Below, one piece after another: positions 28,864 through 37,500 of a stretch of 64,000 nucleotides of DNA. Within the stretch, counting starts at the first letter, position 1; each line of letters opens with the position of its first letter. Origin of the DNA: Candidatus Multivoradales bacterium (GTDB lineage Bacteria; Acidobacteriota; Thermoanaerobaculia; Multivoradales; Multivoraceae); contig CBDCWI010000002.1 in assembly GCA_965223325.1 (NCBI GenBank), positions 1,728,001 through 1,792,000 of the forward strand. The letters run 5' to 3'. The notes under the pieces are model-generated. The model searched no databases. It was not told the DNA's origin and worked only from the letters and a program-made list of their open reading frames with translations. The position numbers and the translations under genes are program-made.

Positions 28864-29751
28864 TCAAAGCTCGATACAGGTCGCGCAGCAGTCGGCGGCG
28901 GCCGCCAACTCCCGGTCCTCGGCACACTGGTACTGCGGCTGGTCGGTGCGCTCGACCCGGTCGTCGGACTGCATGACAGAGTCTTTCCAGCTGTCATCGG
29001 CTGCCCAGACGTGCGGTAGATAAACCACCTCGCCAGGCCGCTCCAGGGTAGCGAGAGCCTCGAGCGCCCGCCGCGTGATGTCGAGCTGCTCGCCGGGCGC
29101 GTCTCGCCGGCCGGCCGTGTGACCGAGCGGATAGTCGAGGAATACGGCGCGCGGTGTACCGACGCTCTCGGTGATCGAAAGCGCCGACGAAAGGGCGACC
29201 GTCGGAATCCCAGATGCTTCGAGCTCACGTGCAATCAGCCCCACGGACTGATGACAAACCGGTCACACGGGGACCAGAAGAGCAACGTCGACTTCGTCGT
29301 CGTGCAGCCTCCTGGTGATCTCCGGGGCAAGCCTTTCCCGCACGCGGCGGGCCGAGTAGATCCCACCCATGAAGGTGTAGGCGCGAGCTGCGAGTTCGCC
29401 AATGAATCCCCCGTCGACGAGGCGACGTAAGGGGTCGAGCGGGAACACGACGTTGGGATCGGCCATCGCATCTTCGGTGTCGTAGGCGAAGTGTGCGATG
29501 CGCAGATCAGCGACTGGCGTCGCCGTGTCGACGATGCGGGCGCTTGCGTCGTCCCGGTAGTGAAAGGCGCGCTGGCCAGCAACATAGATCCCACCCGATG
29601 CGACCAGGCCCACTCTGCATTCGGACAGCGGCTTGGCAGGTACTTCGAACGGTGGCGCGCCCGGGTTGTAAACCCAACGGTACTCGGGAAACCCTTCGGC
29701 TGAATAGAGGGCCCGGGTGCGAGCGATGTAGTCGACGGGCGGGCGAGACAT
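28864..29751 (-). CDS. GrdB/PrdB-related selenoprotein (reductase selenoprotein B family), UGA at 29263-29265 read as Sec
   Basis: Two ORF-track ORFs join in frame as LLVPV-U-PVCHQSVGLIARELEASGIPT; a stem-loop starts 10 nt after UGA. Confidence 0.85.
29234..29252 (-). promoter_or_regulatory. Candidate bacterial SECIS hairpin
   Basis: mRNA after UGA: CCGGUUUGUC AUCAGUCC GUG GGGCUGAU; 8-bp stem (one GU pair) with a G-led apical loop ~18 nt from UGA. Confidence 0.65.
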
Positions 29752-29894
29752 AATAATCTCATTCTAGCCCTCTGTCCCGACCAAAGAAGGCCTCACCCGA
29801 AGGAGCACGTGTCTCGGTGCGATTCTCGGTGGTGTAGACCCCTGGGTCGATAGAATCTCCAGCAGACCTGTCTTGGGTTCTTCTGCCCGCCTGG

Positions 29895-31832
29895 TTGCCG
29901 CTGCCCTCCAGCTCTTCACTGCACAGCTCTTCACTGCCCGACCCAGCGCACCCTCTCCGACGAAAGCACGCCTTGTTCGAAGACGTTCCAGAAATCACGA
30001 GTCGCTATGACTCGTTCGAGAAGATGGCCGAAGGTGGCATGGGCACCATCTACCGTGCCCGTCACACGCATCTCGACGAACTGAGAGTCATCAAGACGGT
30101 CAAGCGCGACCTGCGACGCGGTGACTCGATGATGCGCTTCAAGCGCGAAGCGCAGATTGCCGCCAAGCTGCGCCACCCGAACATCGCGTCAGTGTACGAC
30201 TTCGTCGTCGACGACGAGGGGCGGGCGTTCCTGATCATGGAGTACATCGATGGCATGAACCTCTTCGAGTACTACGAAGAGGGCTTTCGACTTTCACCCA
30301 AACAGCTCGGCGTAGCCGCAGATCAGATCCTCGACGCGCTCGACTACCTGCACTCGCAGAACTTCATTCATCGCGACCTGTCGCTCGACAACGTGATGCT
30401 CACCCGAGGGCCGCGCGGCGAGAGTGTCTACAAGATCATCGACCTCGGTCTGGCGAAGTCGCTAGACCACGTCGACTTCAGCACCCAGACCGGAATCGCC
30501 CTCGGCAAGGTGAGCTACATCTCACCCGAGGAGCTCACCCACGGATCAGGGTCGGACCACATCGACCACCGCTCCGACCTCTACTCGTTCGGCGTCGTGC
30601 TCTACCACCTGATCACCGGCGAACTGCCAATCACTGGCACCGACCAGGCGTCGCTGATTGCCGGCCATCTCTACCGTCCCCCCAAGAGCTTCGAGCTCAC
30701 CGACCCGGGCGGCAAGATCTCACGTGGCTTGCGAGGCGTCCTGCTCAAGGTGCTCGAGAAGGATCCGCGCGACCGCTGGAAGAGCGCTCGCGAACTGCGC
30801 GATGCCCTGGCCCAGCACCTCGAAATGAGTGGCGCCGCCCCCGCCTCGGAGATTCTCAACGAGACCACCGCCCTTCCCAGCCGTCGCAAGACCGAGCCAG
30901 GCGGCACCGTGGCAACCCTACGCACCTGGCTCGACTCGACTCCCAGAAGGATCGCCCTGGTGGTCGCCACCATCGGCCTGGCGGCCGCACTGACGTTCGC
31001 TGCAGCCAAACTGAGGACCCCCACGGACGAAAGCGCGGCCGTTGCCGACAACCCAACCAACGTACAAAAGCCCGAAGGCCCCGGCGTCTTCTTCGGCAAC
31101 TACCACGCACTGGTCATCGGCAACAACCAGTACGAGAAGCTCCGCGATCTCGAAACCGCTGTGCGTGACGCGCAGGAAGTCGAGCTGTTGCTGCGACAGA
31201 AGTACGGCTTCAAGGTCACCCTGCTCGAGAACGCCACCCGCCAAGACATTACCGACGCCTTCTTCGAGCTCGAACAAACGCTGACGCCGCGCGACAACCT
31301 CCTGGTCTACTACGCCGGGCACGGTCACCTCACCCAGCGAGAACAGCAGTGGTGGCAGCCAGTCGACGCCGAACCCAACGACAACACACAGTGGATATCA
31401 ACCCGCCACGAGGTGACTGGCTTCGTCGATCACGTGCCCGCCCGCCACGTCCTGGTGGTAGCGGACTCGTGTTACGCCGGTTCTGACAACCAGCTCCCGC
31501 CGGTCGACGAGCCGATCGATGTTCTAGCGAGTCGCAAGTCACGCCTCCTGATGACCTCCGGGTCGCTCGAGCCGGTTCCCGACAGCGGCGGCGGCGGCCA
31601 TTCGGTGTTTGCCAGGGTTCTTCTCGACCTGCTGCGAGACACCCAGAAGCCGACCGCCGCAACCGAGTTCTTCGCAACCATCGAAAAGGAATTGCCACGG
31701 CTGGCAAAGCGAACCGGCGTCGACCAGACACCGACTTTCTCGCCGATCTCAGGAACCTCAGATCAGGGCGGCATGTTCTTCTTCGTTCCCCAACCGGTCG
31801 ACGACCCGCCCGCCATCAGCTCGGGACCCTGA
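29895..31832 (+). CDS. Ser/Thr protein kinase - TM - caspase-like (peptidase C14) domain; start uncertain
   Basis: EGGMGTIY, VIK, HRDLSLDN, DLG, SPE; TM IALVVATIGLAAALTFAAA; ALVIGNNQY, YYAGHG, ADSCYAG. Confidence 0.88.
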   Translation: MPLPSSSSLHSSSLPDPAHPLRRKHALFEDVPEITSRYDSFEKMAEGGMGTIYRARHTHLDELRVIKTVKRDLRRGDSMMRFKREAQIAAKLRHPNIASVYDFVVDDEGRAFLIMEYIDGMNLFEYYEEGFRLSPKQLGVAADQILDALDYLHSQNFIHRDLSLDNVMLTRGPRGESVYKIIDLGLAKSLDHVDFSTQTGIALGKVSYISPEELTHGSGSDHIDHRSDLYSFGVVLYHLITGELPITGTDQASLIAGHLYRPPKSFELTDPGGKISRGLRGVLLKVLEKDPRDRWKSARELRDALAQHLEMSGAAPASEILNETTALPSRRKTEPGGTVATLRTWLDSTPRRIALVVATIGLAAALTFAAAKLRTPTDESAAVADNPTNVQKPEGPGVFFGNYHALVIGNNQYEKLRDLETAVRDAQEVELLLRQKYGFKVTLLENATRQDITDAFFELEQTLTPRDNLLVYYAGHGHLTQREQQWWQPVDAEPNDNTQWISTRHEVTGFVDHVPARHVLVVADSCYAGSDNQLPPVDEPIDVLASRKSRLLMTSGSLEPVPDSGGGGHSVFARVLLDLLRDTQKPTAATEFFATIEKELPRLAKRTGVDQTPTFSPISGTSDQGGMFFFVPQPVDDPPAISSGP

Positions 31833-31835
31833 GGG

Positions 31836-32690
31836 TTGCTCCTGTCCTCGCGCCAACGGCGAGGGATGGTCCTCTTCGCGACTGCTCTAGCGGTCTACGG
31901 TTGCGCTTCACCCGGTGCGCGACTCGACCGCCAGGCGGCCCAGAAGGGCCTCGCCGTGCTCACTCTTGACGGTGGCACCCATCGACTTCGGGCCTACGCC
32001 CAACCAGGCTGGCAAGAAGCAACCGCCCTGCGCATCTACCTCGAAGGCGACGGGCTACCTTTCATCACGCCGGTTCAGCCGGCAAGAGATCCACACCCAC
32101 ACCGCGCCCTCGCTCTCGAGCTCGCGATCGCCGACCCTCAGCCGGCAGTGTGGATCGGTCGACCCTGCTACCACCGCGACCTCAAGAAGGGTGAGGCCTG
32201 CCCTCAGGGCTTGTGGACTGAAGGCCGCTACTCGGACGATGTCGTTTCTGCGCTGGTTCTGGCGATCGAGGACTTGCTGGGGCGGGCCCAGGAGTCGACA
32301 GGCGAAAGGCCGGTGGAGCTCTTTGGCTACTCGGGCGGCGGAGTGCTCGCCGTCCTCCTGGCACACCGCCTGCCTGAGGTCGAGCGCATCGTCACCGTCG
32401 CTGCCAACATCGATCTGGTCGCCTGGACCGACCTGCACGCCTACAGCCCGCTCACCAGTTCACTCGATCCGGCGACTCTCGGTGCGCCGCCCCACGAGCC
32501 CCGTCAGGAGCACATCGCCGGGGCCCTGGACCGCAACGTTCCCGGCGCCCTCATCGAAGCGGTGGTCGGGGAATGGCCAAACACCCGCTTCCTCGAAATC
32601 GAGGCAGCCGACCACGCCTGCTGCTGGCTAGAAGGATGGCCCCAACTGCTCAGCCGTCTCGACGAAGAATTCGACTCGGGCTCTGGTTAG
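31836..32690 (+). CDS. Lipoprotein alpha/beta-hydrolase (start 31836 or 31866)
   Basis: Lipobox-like LAVYGC; IYLEGDG, RPC, GYSGGG nucleophile elbow, DHACCW. Confidence 0.8.
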   Translation: MLLSSRQRRGMVLFATALAVYGCASPGARLDRQAAQKGLAVLTLDGGTHRLRAYAQPGWQEATALRIYLEGDGLPFITPVQPARDPHPHRALALELAIADPQPAVWIGRPCYHRDLKKGEACPQGLWTEGRYSDDVVSALVLAIEDLLGRAQESTGERPVELFGYSGGGVLAVLLAHRLPEVERIVTVAANIDLVAWTDLHAYSPLTSSLDPATLGAPPHEPRQEHIAGALDRNVPGALIEAVVGEWPNTRFLEIEAADHACCWLEGWPQLLSRLDEEFDSGSG

Positions 32691-32861
32691 GAGAGGGCCC
32701 TAGTACCCCGTACCATTGAAACGGATAGTGGCTGAGCGGATGATCGTGCTCGAGATCAAGGCGTCACGACGCAGGCATATTGGTGATCTGTCGAGGAGTG
32801 ACAACACAGAGATCGAGCGCGAGAACCGCGCTGACGCTGTGCGTTTCAATGGCACGGGGTA

Positions 32862-34424
32862 CTAGCGCCGGACGAAGAAGAACTCGGAGACTCCGCCGCG
32901 TGCCCAACGCATGCTGGCGAACTCCGGCACGGAATTGCTGGTCGCCTCGAGACTCTCGCTCATCTGACGGTGGAGCCGCGAAGCTTCGAGCACTCCCTCA
33001 TTGTTCTCGAGCACCTCGAGAAAGGCCTCGGTGAACGAAGCGCCACCGTTCTCGCCCGACGGCGCGAGCACCAGGCGGGCTCGACGATCGAGGAGCTGCC
33101 GAATCCAGAAGGCGCGCTTTTCTTCACTCTGGCCAACCGGCAGACGGGCCACCGAAGAACGACTGCGAAGACCAGTGAACTCTGAGTCGGCCACCACCAT
33201 GACGTGACGGGCCGGCATCAGATCGAGATGGTCGGCCAACAGTCCGTTGGGAATCCAGTTCGCCTTGTTCTCGGCATCGGCGTCGACCGGTTGCCAATAC
33301 GCCATGCTGCGATCCACGTCGCGAGTGCCGTGGCCGGCGTAGTAGATCAGCAGGTTGTCCTTCTCGGTCAGCGACTCCCGGAGGCGATTGAGAGCCCGCA
33401 ACACATCAGCTCGGGTCGCGTCCGTGAGCAGCTCGACGTCGAAGTCGTAGCGCTCCTCGAGCGTCTTGGCGACCTTCCTGGCATCGCTCGCTGCATTGGC
33501 AACCGTTGGCAGGTGCTGGTAGGCCGAGTTGCCGATCACCAGTGCGTGATAGCTGCCGAAGCGCAGCGCAGACGGGTCGAACACCGAGCCGGCCTCGACC
33601 TGCTCGACCGAAACCGTGGCGCGCTTCTCGAGTTCGGCAACCTCGCGGGCCTTCTTCTGGAGCTCTTTCTGGTTGCTGTCGAGCTCCGAGCGAAGGCGGC
33701 TCACCAGACCCTCCAGGGTCTCTGCCCGCGAGCTCTCGGAATCGGCCGCGGCCCGGATCTGGCCGAGCTGGTTCTCGAGCTCGGCCACTTCGCGCTCGAG
33801 GGTCTGTACGGTTTGCTCGCGCTTGGCGATCTCACCGCGTAGACCTTCCAGGGCGCGCAACTCGCTAGCTTCGAGAACGACGAGGTTCTCAGCCGAACCG
33901 GCGGCGCTGCGGTAGAGGTTGAAGGCCTGTTCGACATCTCGCGCGACACCGAGACCCTCTTCGTGGAGCCAGGCCAGGGCGATCTTGGCCGGGGCATAGC
34001 CCTGTTCGGCGGCCATGCCGTACCAACGGGCGGCGGCCGCATAGTCCGGCACCACACCGAGGCCCTTCTCTTCGATCTGGCCGACGTAGTACTGAGCTTC
34101 CGGATCGCCCGCCTCGGCCGCCGGCTTCCAGGCGTCCAACGAGGTGGCGTAGTTGGCCTGATCGGGCTCGGTGTACTCGCCCCCACGAATGCGGCAATCG
34201 GCAGCGGTGGTGCGAATTGGTTGACGGGCCGTCAGGTAGAGGTTGCGCGACCCGAGGCGGCGCACGCGCGACGGCAGCAGACAGTCGACGATCACCAGAT
34301 CGTCGGGGTCAACGGTCTTCTGGCGAGACTTCTTTCCAACTGCATGAGAAGCAGGTGGGACAAGCGACGAAAGCAGGAAGAGAAACGAACTACCGAGAAC
34401 GAGGAGGGATCGTCTGGGGTTCAT
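32862..34424 (-). CDS. Exported Sel1-repeat + coiled-coil + catalytically altered caspase-like domain protein
   Basis: Signal peptide; DCLLP...DCRIRGGEY; Sel1 repeats (GDPEAQYYVG...GLGV); coiled coil; YYAGHG retained but ADSEF where ADSC is expected. Confidence 0.85.
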   Translation of the reverse strand: MNPRRSLLVLGSSFLFLLSSLVPPASHAVGKKSRQKTVDPDDLVIVDCLLPSRVRRLGSRNLYLTARQPIRTTAADCRIRGGEYTEPDQANYATSLDAWKPAAEAGDPEAQYYVGQIEEKGLGVVPDYAAAARWYGMAAEQGYAPAKIALAWLHEEGLGVARDVEQAFNLYRSAAGSAENLVVLEASELRALEGLRGEIAKREQTVQTLEREVAELENQLGQIRAAADSESSRAETLEGLVSRLRSELDSNQKELQKKAREVAELEKRATVSVEQVEAGSVFDPSALRFGSYHALVIGNSAYQHLPTVANAASDARKVAKTLEERYDFDVELLTDATRADVLRALNRLRESLTEKDNLLIYYAGHGTRDVDRSMAYWQPVDADAENKANWIPNGLLADHLDLMPARHVMVVADSEFTGLRSRSSVARLPVGQSEEKRAFWIRQLLDRRARLVLAPSGENGGASFTEAFLEVLENNEGVLEASRLHRQMSESLEATSNSVPEFASMRWARGGVSEFFFVRR

Positions 34425-34509
34425 GATGTGGGCTCCTTTGGGGGGACGGGCGATAGGCGAAAAGCAGAATCGAATGCAGGAAAACGGAAACGAGAAAAGT
34501 TGAAGGGTC

Positions 34510-37500
34510 TTAGAAGGTCTTGCGGTAGCCGACGGTCAACGTGGTGGTATCGAGATCGTCGCGCTCGAGATCGGTGTCGCCAAGGAAGAAGAAGGAATGA
34601 CCCCGCGGCAGGGTCAGATTCAGTCCCACACCAACGTTCAGGTAGTCGCGGTCTGGGTCCTCGGTGAGAATGAAGAACTGCTCACCCGTCGGATCGAGCG
34701 CCAGGCGGCCGGCAACCGAACGCACATCGTCCTCGAACTCATGCAGCCAGGTGGCACGCATGATCGGCTGGATAACACCCCAGTCGCGAGAGTAAGAAAA
34801 GGTCATATCGAAGCCGGCTTCGGTGACCAGCGACTCTGCCGACTGGTCAGAGATCGTCAGGCCGAGCGCACCGCCACCGGTTTCGGTGTAGCCGTCGACA
34901 TTGACGTCAGTCCAGTTAACTCGGGCAATCCCGCCCAGAATTCCACGGTTTCCGAGCCGGAAATCGTGGCCCAGGCCGAGGTGGAAGGCCAGCGCGTCGG
35001 TCGAGGTCGAACCAAGCGCAGTCAGGGTTCCGAGGTTGCCCGGCTGGCGGATCTGGCGCTCGAGGTCGAAATCGATCTGCGCGAAGGTCGCCGCTACGTC
35101 GACGTGGAAGGCTCGCTTCTGCCAACCGGTGTAGAGCGTCAGGCTGTAGCCCTCGGCATCGGCAGTGCCATTGTCGTGCGAGAACTCGGTGTCACCCTGC
35201 GTGTAGCCGATCGCGCCACCCATCCACATGTTGTTGGTGACCTGGTAGTCGACACCAGTGGTCAGGCCCTGGGTTTCGAAGTCGTAGCCGCCTTCGCGAC
35301 CGCTGTCCGGGCGATCACCAAAGGCGAGGCGCCCAGTCACGAACCAGCCGAGGCGATGCTGATCGATTGACGAGTCGGTGCGGCCCGGCCCGTCCGGCTC
35401 ATCGGCGCTTGCACCACCACCGCGTAGCCGGTCGAGTGCCCGATCGACCCCTCGGTCGAGGGCTTCCGGGTCGACGGACTGATCGTAGGGCGAACGCCCG
35501 GCCTGGGCCAGCGCTGCGACCGGAACGTTCTCGCCGCGCACGCTCATGCCGAGGCCCGCGATACCGTTGGTGGCCGCTCCCGAGCGCAGCGCGCGCAGGC
35601 GAGCCGCGACGTTGCCGGTCTGAATCAAAGCGCCACCCATTCCGATGCGAGCCGGCACGGTGATCTCTTCGGGCGTGGCCTCTTCGATCAAAGCGCGCTG
35701 CTCTTCAGGGGGCAAGCTGAAAATCTGCTGACAGCTGACGGCAAGATCTCCCTCGGCCGTCGCACAGGCCGAGTCGATCGCACCCGCAAACGAAGACTCG
35801 TTGGGGGACTCGTCTTCGTCAAAAAGATCGGCCGTGTTGCCGGAGACGGTGATCACGAAGGTGATGCGTTGGCCGGTAGCCGCCGAGGTCGCAACAACGG
35901 TGTAATCGCCGGGAATCGGCCCGAGCGCAACCCGCTGGCTGGCGGTGCCGGAAGCATCGGCTGCAGTGGTGGCTCCGTCCTGGAGAGTCACGCCCGTCGC
36001 CGACCAGGTCACCGCGGTGCCCACCAGGAGGTTGCCGTTTCCGTCTCTGATCTCGGTGCTCAGGACGATCGTCGTGTCGACCTTGCCAGCCACTTCGATG
36101 GTCACGTCGGGCGGCGCTGGAATGGTGGGAGTGCCACCGCCACCGCCACCATTACCGCCACCGCCGCCGTTGCCACCGCCGCCGTTGCCGCCACCACCGC
36201 CGCCGTTGCCACCACCACCACCGCCGTTGCCACCACCGCCACCGCCACCGGTGGAGTCGTCGTCGTTGACGATCGTCACGGTGCCGCTGGTCATCTCCTG
36301 GTCGAGACCGGTGAGGCCTTCGACAATGACTTCGAACGTCTCGTTTGCTTCGGGCTCGAGGTCGCCACGGATGCTGACCTCGAAAGAGGCGCTGTTCGAA
36401 CCCGCTGGAATCGTGACCTGGCCGCTTCCGGCAACGTAGTCGGTGTCGTCGGTCGCCGTGCCGTTCTGGGTCCGCCAGTTGCCAGTGAGGTCTACGGCCA
36501 GCGGCTCGCTGACGGCAAACGTCATGGTCACGGCGCTCAGGCCCGAGTCGCCTTCGGGTACCGAGACATCCTGGAGCGACGGAGTAGGCAAACCGCCGCC
36601 ACCACCACCGGCCGCGTCGTCGTTCTGGATAGTGACCGTACCGGCTGCCTTGATCACGCTGACGGTGGCGTTGGCCGAGATTTCGACGGTGAAGGCCTCA
36701 TCCTCTTCGACCGCCGTGTCGCCGAGCACGAAGACCTCAATGTCGCCACGCGTCTCACCGGCAGCGAGCTGCAAGGTGCCTGAAGCCATGACGAAATCCT
36801 CCCCAGCGGTGGCTGTTCCCGCAACCGCCTGCCACGCGACATCGAGAACCGCGGGCAGGGCTTCGCTCACAGTCACCGGTAGGAGAACCGAGAACTGACC
36901 GCCGTTGCCCTCTGCAAGACTGACGTCGCCGATCTCGAGAGTGGGCAGCGCGGGACCATCATCGTCGGCGATTTCGATCGTCACCCGGGTGCGGTCCAGG
37001 GTTGCGTTCTCAACACCCGAAAGGTCGACGAAGAAGCGCTCCAACACCTCCTGCACATCATCGTCGATGATCTGCAGAGGAATCGTCGCCTGTGACTGGC
37101 CAACGCCGATGGTGACCGTCCCGGTTGCCGCGACAAAGTCACTCCCAGCTGCAGCCGAGTCATCGCTGGTCGCATAGGTGAAACGAATCGGGCCCTGGCG
37201 GTCGCCATTGACGTTGACAGCAAGCTCGAGGCTACCGCCGTTGGCACTCTCGGTCACGCGCACGTCGCCAACCGACACCACCGGCGGCGCCGTGCCCCCG
37301 CCCTGACCATCGTCATCATCATCGGTGATCTCAACAACGACGCGCGGACTCGCAAGCGTCGCGTTGACGACATCGGTGAGATCGACGAAGAACTGCTCGG
37401 GGTCTTCCACCTCGAGGTCGTCGAGGATCGTAAGGCGAATCGTGGCACCCTGTTGACCGACGCCGATGGTGACCTGCCCGGTTTCCTGGACGTAGTCCGA

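Noticed and set aside
29895-34424. Caspase-gasdermin or other anti-phage defence system
   Set aside because: No gasdermin, NLR/STAND, TIR or cyclase gene is adjacent, and both caspase-like domains appear to be exported. A defence role is not excluded but has no support here.
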